From Klebsormidium nitens (lineage: Eukaryota > Plantae > Klebsormidiophyceae), in contig DF236954.1 of assembly GCA_000708835.1 (NCBI GenBank), positions 450,842 through 514,841 on the forward strand: a stretch of 64,000 nucleotides of DNA, in the 5' to 3' direction. The number at the start of each line of letters is the position of its first letter. Position 1 is the first letter of the stretch. Positions 51,295 to 64,000 of this stretch are shown here, piece by piece. A program made the position numbers and the translations under genes. The notes under the pieces were generated by a model. That model saw only the letters and a program-made list of their open reading frames with translations, did no database searches and was not told the DNA's origin.

Positions 51295-54200
51295 TCAAGC
51301 CGTGCTCCGCTTCCGTCTACTGCTCCACTTCAGATAGAGCCCGTACGACAACCCCGAGAAAACCATCGTCACCCCCGTCCACTGTTCCAACGTCAGCGGG
51401 TTGCCGTTCCAGACCGCGCTAAGCAAGATGCTCATAAACTTGCGCGTCGTGGTGATCGTTGTGTTCGCGAGCGCCCCGAATTTGCTGATGGTAAAGAAAA
51501 TGAAGTTTTGCCCGACGGCGCCGCACAAGCAGAACACCAGGATGTCCCACGCGGCCTCCGGGTGCGTTCGGCAGAAGTCGACGGCGTCCCAGCCGCCCCC
51601 GCCCGGCAAGAGAAACATGTACGCGCACATGTAGATCGAGCCCCATAGGTTCATGCCGACCATGATGTCCCAAGAGGTCGTCTTCGGGTACCTGCAATGC
51701 CGTCCGATGAAAGGGTTTGCGCAGGTACCGGAGGTCCAGTCCCCCGCCTTCGAATCAAAAAGGCCGTCAAGCGTCGGAAACCTCCTTCGCATACCCACCA
51801 CGGTAAGCGCTCCAGCGGACAGAGCAGCGGCCGGATGCGGGGCCTACGTTGTTCCAAAGAGGAAAATCCTTAAACAGACCGCACATGCAAATCCAATCCA
51901 CTTGTTCCCGCCGCACAATAACGGGGCCCTTCGATTTGTTTTCCAGGCTGCTTCAGACCTGCGGTCAACTTTTCCAGGCACGTTGGACGTGGCTTCGAGC
52001 GAATGCTGCCACTGTGCTGTCTTCATCATGAGCTTATTGCAAGCGCGAGAGCGACACTTACCTGTCCACCAGCGAGTCCTGCGTTGCGTTCGTAAAGCCG
52101 TCCATGCCCAGGTTCAGGAAGCACAAGAAGTAGCCCAGCGGGGCGTTGGGGTGCGCCAGCTTGCTGATCGTCTTTGCGGACCCCTGGAGGCGCGGAAACA
52201 TTCAAAATCAAAACGGGGCAGATGAGGATTTAAGACCAAAAAGCACGTTTTGAACCGGCACACCTACTTTGCTCACACTACGACGTGATTGTATTGGACA
52301 GAAAGCTTGAAACACGGTGGTCCAGAGTTGTTGGTTTCGAGCGGAACGATTCCTAGCATCGGCGCACAAAGCAAAACTTGACACGATCCTAAGAGCAGAT
52401 GAAACGGTGAAATTCAGTAACTCCTTCCAGTGGAGCCTTGAAATACGATCGTAGATACACGCCAGCCATGCACATCCGCATTTCTAAACCTGCCGTTACC
52501 CGTTTCAATCCTGACGTCATGCACAGGGCCCGAGAAAGCTGACCGCTCTTCCTCTCTGCACCTTGTGCGACCCCACCCTTTGGCAACAACAAAGAGCTTA
52601 CACAGAAGGGCAGCTTTCGTAGAGACGACCGCCCATTCTTTAACTTCGCAGCAGACAATTTTCCGAAGCCCGTCATCGTTTGACGGCTTGTAACATCATC
52701 CAAATTTTGAAACCTTTCGACGGATGCCCTCCATCTTAGGCCATCATTAAATACATAGGAACGAAGAGGCAGTTCAGTACCTTGAAGAGGGCGAACACTG
52801 AGACGCCTCCCGCAACTAGGAGCGTGCACATGTACTCTGCGGGCGCGTACTGCCGGCCGTAGATGAACGTTCCCGCCAGCATNNNNNNNNNNNNNNNNNN
52901 NNGGATCATCTTGGATGACTTGGCCAACACCTGTACAAAGTTCTTCCGATTGAGAAAAGTAGAACTCGTTTCTGAGGGTTGAAGGTTCTTAGGGGGGGGG
53001 GGAGGGGTAGACCTAAAGGGTCAACCGTTTCAATACGTCCAGAGGCTTGGCTTCTGAGGGATGAAGGCTTCAGTGCAAAAGGTCGTTCCATAAGAAACCA
53101 GATAAAAGGACAGAAGTAGTCCTTTCGGACCAGAGCCCTGTTAGTGTGGCAAAATCCTGCAAACCTTGATAAAAAGAAACGAAGATCTTGGTCCAGATCT
53201 AACGTGAGGCCAACGAGGTTTGCTTGCTGAAATTGCTGGCAGGTAAAATCTCGTTCCATATTTGATTGCCCGCTCGAGAGCCTCATCTTTAGTGCAAAGC
53301 TTCTACAAGCCAGGGTTCTGTTCTGCAAAGATGTAGAGCACCCTGCAAAGAGCTCCCAAAAAGATTATCCCTCAAAAAAAGCCCAGACTTTCACTAACGA
53401 TCAGGCATCAGAAACGTCATGCAGAAATAGTCCCGACCTACCCCGTGCTGCCACCACACGGAGTCCGCTCGCGCTTCCACGCTTCCATGGTCAATGACAC
53501 ATCAAGTGCGTCTCAAACGATAGCAACTTACGATACCTATTTTCAAGACACCAAAAACGACGTTCACCGCCAGCTCATACTTTCCCTAATCCAAGCATGA
53601 AGAGGCTACAAACTCACTTGCGCCGGGTAGCTTATATACTTCAGGGCCTGGATCCCGCAGGCGGGGCCGAACGAATTGCTGATGCTTGCAAGCCAGTATG
53701 CAGTCATTGGGGACCGCTGCCCTTTGCCCCGAGAACCGCCTCCCCTGCTGAACTGGAGCATGACTACGGCCCAGACTAAGCAGACCACGTTCTGTGCGAG
53801 GTTGAGGAAGGAGAGGTGCTCGAAGCGCCGGCCGTCGGGTCCGAACTTTTTCGTGGACCTGAAGAATTTGAGATTGTGGTGTTACACTTCCTATGGAGTC
53901 TCTGGTGAACTGTGGATGGGTGTGTCGGATGATCAACGGATCTGAAAGTCCTCGAATATGGGTTGCATGGGAAATGGATACGGGCAAGAGCCTAGAAACT
54001 CCGATGTTGCTCAATCAGATCCACAGAACTGGTGTAGAAGAGACGACACAAACAAGACTAGGAAGGTGATCTCTACAAGAATTGGAGATGTGCTGCACCT
54101 GGAAAGGGGACGTTTAGGTCAGGATTGAGGTGAGAGGTCGTAGCAGAAGGGGACATTACCAAAATGCATCTGTTGCGAGGGGCTGAAGGCGATTGTTATA

Positions 54201-54984
54201 AATTGGACTGGGGGACATCCTAAATCAGTGGAGGACATAGAGCAGTAGCAATGTCTCATTCTGCCTTGATTTCGAAAAAGAAGAATGGAAGTACTGAGGC
54301 CAATTGAGAGAGACCGGTGACTCATGAACTGACTCACGGATGTATGACTGGTCAGAAGAGGGGCAGAGAACGCTGTGAAAACTGCTGGAGAATGATGAAT
54401 CAATGCAGGAGCCTGTGTTACTGCTTCTATCTGAAGTCCTTACTCCCAAGCGCATTCTGACCCGTGAAGATACCACTTTATCTTATGAGACACCACCATG
54501 TCCTATACTCTACAGGGTGTCAAAGAGATCCGGTGTCCTGTAAGTGGTCGGACTTTCAAAGTAGATCAGTTTTTCCATCAATTGGCTTGGAATGAGACGA
54601 ACCCTTCACGTTTTCACAATCACCAAAAGGCAGCGTCCACTGACAGATGCCTGTTGTTGGTTTAATGAAAACTTCTCTGGCTTTTGTCAGATTGCTACCA
54701 GTGTAGGCCAAATAGACGGCAATCTTCAAGCAAAGAATGAGTAAAAGGGTGGTTGATAAGACCAGGTTACTCCTGACTCACAATTGCTCCTGCAAAAGTC
54801 CTTGGGTCAAGTAGGACGCCCAAATGCCACCAACACACACCCCCAGCGTGAGGACCTTTTTGAGATCAATCTGATGCCGCTCATGGTCAGATCTTCCTTT
54901 GCCCGCAGCCTCTGACAGACTGTTGCTGTAAGAAGTTGGCGCCGCGGAGGCTGCGGGCCGCCGCTCAGTAGCATTCGGCGCCAT
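51295..54984 (-). CDS. UTR3: UDP-galactose/UDP-glucose transporter (SLC35B1 / plant UTR1-UTR3 family), ~365 aa
   Basis: Exons 54984-54782, 53858-53618, 52930-52781 (contains a 20-N gap), 52183-52062, 51691-51295. Motifs GIWASYLTQGLLQEQL, FEHLSFLNLAQ, ALKYISYPAQVLAKSSKMI, NLGMDGFTNATQD, GQNFIFFTISKFGALANTTITTTRKF. Confidence 0.93.
52883..52902. other. Assembly gap (20 N) inside transporter exon 3
   Basis: Run of 20 n between ...AAGATGATCC and ATGCTGGCG... on the minus strand. Confidence 0.99.
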
Positions 54985-54994
54985 GGCAGTTCTT

Positions 54995-55003
54995 AAACCC
55001 TAA
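54995..55003 (+). promoter_or_regulatory. Telo-box AAACCCTAA in the divergent UTR3/ACR intergenic region
   Basis: Exact AAACCCTAA about 11 nt from the transporter start codon. Function inferred only. Confidence 0.3.
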
Positions 55004-57181
55004 TTCTCAAGGGACAAACTTGAACTGATCTAGGTCCTAGCTTTTCGCGTCAAAAGACGTTTTGCCACTGGCTGGAAGCAATAGAGCTCAATCTTGATCA
55101 ACAGCGGCTTGATCGCAGCACAATGAACAATCTCAGCTAAATAATAAGGGGATCAGCTTCAAAGCTGTATCAATGTGTGTTCGCTGCGATCTCTATCAAT
55201 CTGGGACTCCAGCTGCACCTTGAACAATCGCATCTGAAGCTCCTCTAGCCACCCGCTTCTGCTTGCTAGCTGCACGGATTGGATGCCTCAAATTTCAAAA
55301 GCACTGGCACTTCTACCGTATTTGAAGTTCTAATAACTTCTAAGCTTTGAAGTTTGCATTTTCAAAGCTGCACAGCTTTTCTTTTGTCCTCCCTCCTTCC
55401 TTCAATGCACGGCTGACACGTCAAGCAGTAGCTTCAAGCCGTCCGATAAGCCCTGACAGCCTTTGCACCAGATCGTAGCCCTAGATTGGCAGCAAGATGG
55501 TGTTCGGCGTTTACGGCGACGTGAGTACAGAATGCTTGGGGTTTCAATGCGCCGGAAACCAGGTGCGATGAGGAAGGACGTAGGAAAGTACCCCTCCAAT
55601 ACTAGTTAGGGCCCGAGTCTCCGGTGCGACAGCTTGCCGAGCAAGAAGGTTTGTGCCCGATGCTGCTAGGTACGCACCGAATGTACTGACCCATCTCATA
55701 TCAGCACCTGCAAAAGTCTGACAAGCACCATTTTGGGCGCCCCCTGTGAACAAAATTTTACATCATTGCATTCTGGCCGCCGCTGCACAAGCAAGTCCCC
55801 TCTGAACCTGGGGGATCCCACAAATTTTTGTATGCTTCAGGCTTCAGGTTCTTCCCCAATTAAGCTTCAAAACCAAGACTAATCTTGGTGACATTCAACG
55901 CTTAGACAAGGCGCTACCGCAAGTTTTTTCTCTGTACTTAATTGAAGCTTTTGTATCTATGCTAGGGAGGCATGCCAAGATACTCGGAAGTGCTCTGAGG
56001 TGCAGGCAATTCTTCTAGTTAGAGGAGCGGTGTTTCTCTAATGAAAGCGACGGTCCAATTCTAAGCCGGCCTGTGATCTTAGCTTTTGGCAAAAAGTCCT
56101 AAAACCTTTCTTATAAGGCAGTGGCTGCAGTCATCACGATACGGGGCTAGCTGCGAAAGGGGATTGCCTGCAGCAAGCCACGTTCCCAGTAAGTTGTTAA
56201 AATGTCCCTTCACACGGTTTGTATTCTCACGTTGCAGACAGCTCAGCAACTTTGGACGATTGCAGTGGATGGTGCTCAATACATATGCCTCCGGACCCTC
56301 CCGACCTTCTGGGAAAAGATATCGATTTCCCTTGCATGCGCAGCAGAGGGCTTGCGTTTCTTAGTAATGCTCTTGGTGAGATCCTCATCCCGCCATCTGG
56401 CAGATGAGGTTTTTCTTGGGCATGTCAATAGATCAGCAAGCGCATTTGATAGCTCCATTATTTCACAGATCTTTATTCTTCAGTTCTTACAATGCTGACC
56501 CACCATCAGATCAGGAGGAAGTCCAATGTCCTTTTCATTTCAGGTGTCCAAAACATTGAGTCTTGTGTGAGCCGCTTGGACGTCTGAGATCAACTCCAAG
56601 AGCGCTTTGTGGGATTTTCAACATACTTTGTGTTTGCAAGCCCCCTACTGGATTTTCTTGGATGTGGCACAGAAGCTCCTTGCTTTGCTGGACCAAAGTG
56701 CTTGTTTCTCATAGTAGCAACCAGTGGTGGAAACAGAGAACAACGTGCGGCTGTACAGACCTCACTGAGTATGTCGATCGATGGAATTGCATTGCCTAAC
56801 ATGTAGCAACCAACAGTCTCTCAGTATCCTTACTCGCTGGAGCTGTCATCAGGTGGTTCACTTGACTCATGAAGTAGTTCTGATCCAAGGCACCATGCAG
56901 TGCAGACTCGAAGGCAGATTGCTAACACGCCCTTCCTTTTTCCCACACCTCACCCAGCCGGCAGCTTTTCTGTCTCTCTTCTACATACTCACCAAAATCA
57001 GGGGATCCCTCTGTTGATGCTAAATGCTGGCGGATACACCACCACAACCATCCAAATATCCACTTAGTACAACAGTCTCCGGAGATGTCCTGGGCCATGA
57101 ACTCCCTGGTTAGTGGGTGGTTAACAAGCTAACAGAGGCATTGACCAGACCGATGGCATGCCCCTCTCTTGCAGAATCGCA

Positions 57182-60100
57182 ATGGAGGGCGACATCAACT
57201 CGGACGTGGTCACGATCCGGGTGGGTGAGCCTGAAGACGAACTCACAGAGCTGACTGTCAGCTGCACCGACAAAGTGGGCCTTGGGTGCGACCTCGCCAG
57301 CGTCGTCCTCGAGTTTGGGCTCAACGTTGTGAAAGGAGGTGGGATCATTGTTACAAGCTCCACAACTCGGATTGTGGTCGGAGATACTCAGCCTCTTCCT
57401 GATTACAGGATATCAAAGGAAACTTCCGGTGGACAGGCCGTGGAGCCATGCAGTCTTCGACTTCCTTCCGCTTGTTGCACTCCGACCAGTAACATTTTAT
57501 GCTCAGATATAGATTGCTATTTCATCAGGGGACCTGGACCCAGAACACGCTTGCACAGTCATTCGACATTGGTGGTGATAAGCTGTGATCTCGATAAATA
57601 CAAGGTGAAGTTTCTCCCAATCCTGCTCAATTCTCCCGACCTCAACTCACCATAGTAACCCACAGTTGCACCGAAGACCATCTCTGCAGACAGGGTCTGA
57701 TCTACAGGGATCTTAAACTGATGCTTCTCCGCAGACTTTTTGACGGATGGACGATGGTGCCATGTGGTCTTCTGGGTGGAGACAACTCGCTGCACGCATG
57801 CCGTATCCTGGCCGCTGCTCAAGGAGCGCATGACGGCCGTGTGCCCGTCCCTCGAGATATCGCTCACGCCGCGGATACCCACCCCGGCCAAGCAGGACGT
57901 CTTCCTGCTGCAAGTGCGGTCGGCAGACCGAATGGGTCTTCTAAACGGTACGTTCATTGGAGAGGAACGAAACTCCTTCAGTTGACCTGTCTGGCCAAGT
58001 CTCATTTAAGTGTTTGGGCCCAAAGTCTTGACTTGCGGTCTGAGGCTTTGTACTCGCCCAGAAGAATTGCGATTGGTAGGTTTGCAGCTTTGGGTTTTGT
58101 GTAGATTTCTCTTGGTGCGGTGTTCGACAACAGGTTTTGAGTCGTTCCGTAAAGCCTGTCGTCAAACATGTCTCTTGGTCTATGCGAGGATGGACGCTTT
58201 TAGATGGTGGTCAATCCAATCTGTGTTCCGCACGTCCTGTCCAACCCTGCTGAATGTTCCGGGTGACCTTCTCAAACACGGATTGCACTCTCTAACAACA
58301 GGTTCAATATTGTTGTCTTTCTTCGACTGGCGATACAGGAGTGACCCTGCCTGTCGATCGGTTGCGAAGCTCTTGTCAACCCCCGCTTTGACCTATTTGT
58401 TAACCCTCTTGGTAACTGGTCTGTGCACAGGTGACGCAGCTTTTGTGGGAAAACGAGCTGACGTCACACAAGGTTAACATTTGCGTCTTCCTCTACAATA
58501 TAGCTCTGCTCAAACCTTCTCGTCAACCCTCCCAATAATTCTCCTGTGCAGACGTAACCCAGCTGCTGTGGGAAAACGAGCTGACGGTACACAAGGTCAA
58601 CATCTGCACCAGCCCCGACAACTCCGCCGTCGATCTCTTCTACATCACAGACAACAGGTGCGGCACGCCCTTGCAGAAATTTTTCCCTGCCAGAGCAAGC
58701 CTAAAAAGCATACGCGAGTGGTGGTCCAATTCTTTGTTGGTCAACACAGCCTCGAGTCCTATGTTATCTTGTGGTGTCCCCTTGAACCTGCCTGTTCTAG
58801 TCAGTCGCCTGTTTTCTGTGACGATCCTTGCAATCGATCCTTCAAGCCGTCCAATGTGATGATTCCCATGTGGGTCACCGGCTTTGCGAAAAGTTGTTCG
58901 TTGGGGCTTCCGCCAACTTTGCCTAACGTCAGAAAAGCGATTTAAATGCACACTCTCAACGATTCACAAAGCCGACCTTCTTGGCTCTGGCCGAACGACA
59001 TGAGGTACAATACGCTCTCTTCACTGAGGACATCTTTTGCTCCCTTCTCTTTCAGAAACGAGCTCCCCAAGAAGCGGCGCCGGCTCGACGTCCTCCAGTG
59101 CATACGCGACCCGCTAGGCGATGACGTCACCTGTGACATCACCCTCGCGGCGCCCGAGTTCGCCGCGAGCATTGGGTCGGCCCACGTGGCCCCCGAGGGG
59201 TGCCTCCCGGGGGCGCTGGCGCCGCATCTGGCGGAGGGGCCGATGACGTCATCGTTCGAGGAGGACGAGGGAATTGAGGCGACGGAAGTGTCGATCGATA
59301 ACGGGATGAGTCGGCTACACAGCGCGCTGCAGGTAAGTTATCGTTTATTGTTTTGCATTTGGTGCTTTCGCTGCAATGGTCAATATGTAAGGAGATGGGC
59401 CGCAACCAAACCTCCTTCCTTGCAAACTGTCTTGTTATCTAGACAAAGAGTTTGGCAAGAGCGAGCGAAGTTGCTCTCGGTTTTTAGTATACCTTCTGCT
59501 CCGAGTTTCGTGTGTGTTGAATTCAAGCAAGAAATCGCTGAAGGGTTTTTGGGAGGAAGCCTTTGATCAAAGGCGTCGAAAACGAGTATCGGAGAAGCCG
59601 TCCTTTCTCAAGTCACTGTGGCACCGCCTTGCTCTCAAAGCTGCGCTGAGTCTCATCTGCCGGGTGTACGACTGTGTGCAGACGCTCAAAGGCCGTCAAC
59701 ATCCAGATGGCTGGGACCTTCTGCAACTAACTGAATGCCACCCTCAACCATCGGCCTATGTTGGCATATTCGCTCTCCTCGGTAGCGTTGACAAACGGTT
59801 TTACCTGCCAGGTGTCGACGCGCGACCGCAAGGGCTTCCTGTACGACTGTTTGCGCACGCTCTTGCGCTCAACGACGTCAACATTCAGTGGGCGAGTACC
59901 TTCTGCTAACGATGTGTATGCTACCTGAAAATTTCGGCCCATGTTGGCGTATTTCTTTCCTAGGTAGCGCTGAGCAACAATGTCATTTGCCAGGTGTCAA
60001 CACGGGACCGCAAGGGCTTGCTGTACGACTGTTTGCGGACGCTCAAGGACGTCAACATCCAGGTGGCGTACGGCCGCATCGCGCTGCGCGAGGCGGGGCT

Positions 60101-61439
60101 GCTCGACATCGACTTCTTCATCCGGCACCCCAGCGGGCACAAGGTCACCGACCCCAAGGCGCAGCGCGACCTGTGCGGACGGTTGCGGTGAGCGTTTCTG
60201 AAGCTTGGTATAAGAGCGGTTGCGGTGGGTGTATTTGATAGGATAGCGGTTGTGGTGAGCGTCGTCAGAACCTCGGAAGGATAGCGGTTGCGGTGGGAGT
60301 TTCTGGAAGATGGGTAGAAGAGTGCTCCTTCAAGGTTGGGAAAGAAGACCTGTTGCGAGGATGGGTTGCGGCTTTGGTGCGGGCTTTGTCCAGGAGCTCT
60401 GCCGGGGACTCGAGAAGTCCGATGAACGTCTGCCGAAGTTGACTTTCACCAGAGGTTGCGTCATCCTGGTACCGATGCCTTAATTTCTTGACATTATCGA
60501 ACATTGCAAAGGAACGGTTGGACAAGAGGACTCGGCGTACCAGCCCTCTGAAAGCATCCTTTGTCAGGGTTGACGCAAGCCCCAGTATGAGCACGACTAG
60601 CCACGTCTATCACTCCCGTGCCCAACTGCGTCGACGCTCCTGCAGGCAAGAACTAGAGCGGCCGATCCGGCTGGTGGTCGCGCCGCGCGGCCCGGACACG
60701 GAGTTGCTTGTGGCGGCCCCGGTGGAGGTCAACGGGCGCTCGCGCCCGCGCATGTTCTACGATTGCACGCTCGGGCTGCGGCGGGCAAACGCATGCGTGT
60801 TTCAGGTGAGCACCTCTTTCGATCCTTTGTCTAATCACGAGCAACTCAGTGAATGGATCTATCTCAGACGCACGCTCGGTCTGCGGCAAGGGAACATTTG
60901 CTTGTTTCAGGTAAGCACGTCGTTGAGCCGTTGTCAAACTATGAGCGGAGTTGAATTCAAACCGGATGCTTTGTCATGGTGCCGGTCAGGTGCCGGATCG
61001 TACAGGGAAGTAAGTTCATGTCATGCACGATCCGCAGCGGGCGAACGTATGCCTGTTTCAGGTAAACGTCGCTTCGAGCCGTGGTCTTTATGTAAGCCAA
61101 GATTATGACTTGCATTGTTTTCAGCCGTGCATGCTTGGCCTGCAGCAGGCAAACGCGCAGGACGCTTTCTTTTCTTTTGGAGAATGGAGGTCTGGAATTC
61201 TGGTCTCCGTGGATTTACCTGCAGCCTTTTCAGGCTTTTCCGGATGAGTGACAAGCTTTTGAAGGCACACTCAAAAAGGTGGCCGCCCCGTGCAGGCGGA
61301 CATCTCCCGCCACGCTGTAAATAACAAGCACTGGGAGGTGCACCGGTTTCTGGTACAAGATTCGACCGGGCAGCCAATAACGTCTCCGCAACGGAGACAA
61401 CAAATCGCGAAAACCGTGCGATCCCTCCTCATCGGTTGA
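57182..61439 (+). CDS. ACR10: ACT-domain repeat protein, ACR9/ACR10-like (416 aa)
   Basis: Exons 57182-57338, 57735-57947, 58552-58657, 59056-59332, 59994-60187, 60646-60805, 61296-61439; total 1251 nt. Motifs CTDKVGLGCDL...FGLNVVKGD, DGRWCHVVFWV, SADRMGLLNDVT, AVDLFYITDNR, SIDNGMSRLHSALQV, DRKGLLYDCLRTLKD, ELLVAAPVEVNGRSRPRMFYD, WEVHRF. An acceptor 7 nt before the ATG implies a 5'UTR intron. Confidence 0.92.
58420..61165 (+). repeat. Junction copies around ACR exons 3, 5 and 6
   Basis: Acceptor copies at 58431 (real 58552), 59812 and about 59660 (real 59994). Short donor copies CGGTTG(C/T)G|GTG at about 60226, 60254 and 60292 (real 60187). Donor copies TGTTTCAG|GT at 60910 and 61061 (real 60805). 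Confidence 0.85.
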
Positions 61440-62910
61440 GCGGGCAAGGGTTCAAAGCCCTACTCAGGGTAGGTCAGCGTAGCAACATTCAGGTAGCTAG
61501 CGGCGTGTTCAACGTAACATTTGCATTGGCTACTTGGCACCTTCGAAGCGCACAGTAATGCGAGAAGGTCAGCGCAATCATCTGGCACGCGTGTTCTTAT
61601 CATTATCAGTCAAACTCAAGGAAACCTCAGGTACGAGAATCGCGGAAGTGGACTCAGCCTCCAGGATAAGATGTACATACAGGGAGAAGATCTTAGGAAA
61701 GGTGTCTACAGTCAGCTTCTTCCATACAAGTTGTGCCACTCGAAGATCATTAGTGCAAGCGCAAGTATATTCAGCAGCTTTGATACGACTTTTGAACCAT
61801 TGATTGGACGTGCTTATACCATTAACCGGTTCATGCTTGCGCTCAGATGAACCGAGCGCCTCATAAGCTCTGCAGTCAGAATGAGAATACACAGGTAAAT
61901 AACGCAACGCTATTTCATGGGTCCGTGGTCACTAATTGGCATTGTTGATTAGAAATCAGTTCAATGATTCGTCCATGCGCCCAACGGCCAGAGTCACTGC
62001 AAATCGCTCTTGTTCTTCGAGTCGATCCCTGCATGAAGCTTTTCAATGGTGCATGCATGTGACCATATTGGCTTGCCTCTCTTTTACGAAGTAAAATAGC
62101 AAGCTATTGCATTCGGGGTAACCGCGTGTCGGGCGACACTGTACGACGTGGCTCTGCGGAAGATAAGCATGTCCAGACTGGTGGTATTTCAATATGCGTG
62201 CTGTTCGATACGAAAACGTACGCAGAATCCCCCTAATAGTCCAGACCATGTTTACGTCCAAGCCTAGACTGCCCCGCGCGGCTGCGCAGATGTAATGCTA
62301 CGAATCGTTCGCGGACGCGAAGTTGCCGCCGCAAAAAACCGTAACGATGTAACGTTTGGCCTCGATTTCTCCGAACCTGCCTGCTCTAAAGCTGCCACGT
62401 TGCATGGCGAGGTCAAAATAGCTGCCACGTCCTGATTTGTACCGCTGCCCAACACCTGACACTGTGAAAGCACCCCGGGCTCTGAACGTCGAAATCAAAA
62501 TTCAAAACACCCTTGTCTGCGATGGACTCCTTCAGCTTTGCTTGCCTTGGAATTTCAGAAGAAATTAGAGTGCCCGGAAGGTAGAGTAGCGAGTAGCCTG
62601 GTACGCACTGTAGAGATAACTACGGTGCGTACCAGAAGATGGTGTACGGATTAAGTCTAGGGTGTGCGCGCGCTCACGCAAGACTTCCATGGATAGAGCC
62701 ACGTACAAGATGAAAACGCCAAACAATGCCCTTTTAAAATTTTGCCCAGTCGCACCACAGAGAGGCAAGCCCCCGCCGCCCTTCTGGGCGGTCTATCATG
62801 TATTTTGTGCAACCATGCACCTGAGGCGTTGCGGATCGAGCTGAAGTCGATCACGTCCTTCTTGACGAAAGCTCATAATCAGGTTCATGAGAGCGATAAT
62901 CATGCATTGC

Positions 62911-63213
62911 ATATGTCAGGCCCCGGAACGAGAATATATGACTTTGGATATTCCATATTCCTCGATGGATTTTGGGCAATATTCCAATTCCTTGCCACCC
63001 CAATATTCCAGATTCCAAGAAAATTTTGAGATTTAGGAATTCAAATTACCCGGATTCCTGCACAGATTTTGCAGTATTCCATATTCCGTGAAAAAAAAAT
63101 CTCAAAACCAAATATTCCGATTCCTAGGCCAAAAAATCCCGATATTCCAATTCCTGGAGCCCAAAAATCCCGATATTCCTATTCCAATATTCTCGTTCCG
63201 GGGCCGGACATAT
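62911..63213. mobile_element. MITE-like element (~300 bp) with internal ATATTCC repeats
   Basis: 27-bp inverted repeat with one mismatch, ATATGTC(A/C)GGCCCCGGAACGAGAATAT (62911-62937 and 63187-63213). The AT-rich interior has many ATATTCC/ATTCC units. The ends can be read as TA|TGT...ACA|TA. Confidence 0.7.
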
Positions 63214-64000
63214 AATCTCAAATATAATCCCTTCATCATGTGCTCATGCAATACGTAATCCGACGGTCCATTGCGGCGCTGCCCGGATCGCTCATAATAC
63301 TAGCTAGTCTGATCAAGAAGAGCTAGCTAGCTTTTTAAGTTCAATCGACGATCGCAATGTCTTTACAGTCGTAATACAACTGCACTGCTTTGCTGGTAAA
63401 AAAGCAGATATGTGGTGTAATTCGTGGTGTCGAGCTATCATTCGCAAAGCGCCAGAACGTCGGAGCGATCCGGTCATAGCGAAGTTAAATGATTATAGAT
63501 TCAATAGATGCAATCTGATCCAATCGGCGGCTGTGATTAACGCGCGGCAGTCTTGTTACTTATACGGTGGCGCACTCCATGATGCAACGCGTCTCTAGTT
63601 GGTCTGGAGCACACTGCCAGAGCGGTGAGACCGGAGCGGATCACCGATCAACCACGGTTCGGCAAGGCGACCGCGGCGCCGCGCGCGGCCAGGGCACTCC
63701 CAGCCGCTAGGCGCATACATGACTCAGAGGTGGCGGTTCTGCCAAAGCAGTACAAGGGCAACTCATTTGCAGAAGCGCTTGCGGGAGCTTGAAAGATGGC
63801 GCAACAACCGAGCAGCACGCAGGTCTTGGCTCCTCACATCACGGCCAGGACCATCGAACCCTGCAAGCAACGTGACGAGGTTACGAACACGGAGCGACAT
63901 GTGTTTGTTCACAGCTTGCGCGAGCTGTAACGGCGCTAGCTTTCCGAGCCCCTCGCGGGGATCCCCCGGTAGCTATATGCGCGCGGGTCGCGCGGACTAG

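Noticed and set aside
61521-61907. Three overlapping ~100-aa ORFs downstream of ACR
   Set aside because: No recognisable motif, no GC3 bias, no coherent exon chain.

Overview
Intron-rich eukaryotic nuclear DNA with GC3-rich exons and GT-AG introns. The gene set (plant-type ACR9/10, KdsA, VHA-a, UTR1/3) points to a streptophyte green alga; Klebsormidium is my best guess, by inference only. By hand I built six spliced genes with phase-consistent exon chains: SRP72 (minus, 3' end runs off the window), V-ATPase subunit a (plus, 16 exons, 826 aa), KDO8P synthase (plus, 12 exons, one GC-AG intron), a UDP-galactose transporter (minus), an ACR9/10-like ACT protein (plus) and a tail-anchored ankyrin protein (minus). 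A seventh is an orphan coiled-coil gene of about 547 aa (minus). The window also holds an F-box pseudogene, other decayed ORFs and two TIR-bounded MITE-like elements. The most striking unexplained pattern is 'splice-junction echoes'. In five of the seven genes, introns carry 1-5 tandem, decaying copies of the neighbouring exon/intron junction, mostly spaced 100-220 bp apart. Acceptor copies always lie upstream of the real exon and donor copies always downstream. Many keep AG or GT, and at least three would give in-frame alternative isoforms. No rRNA, tRNA or CRISPR was recognised. All coordinates were read manually and should be checked against RNA-seq.
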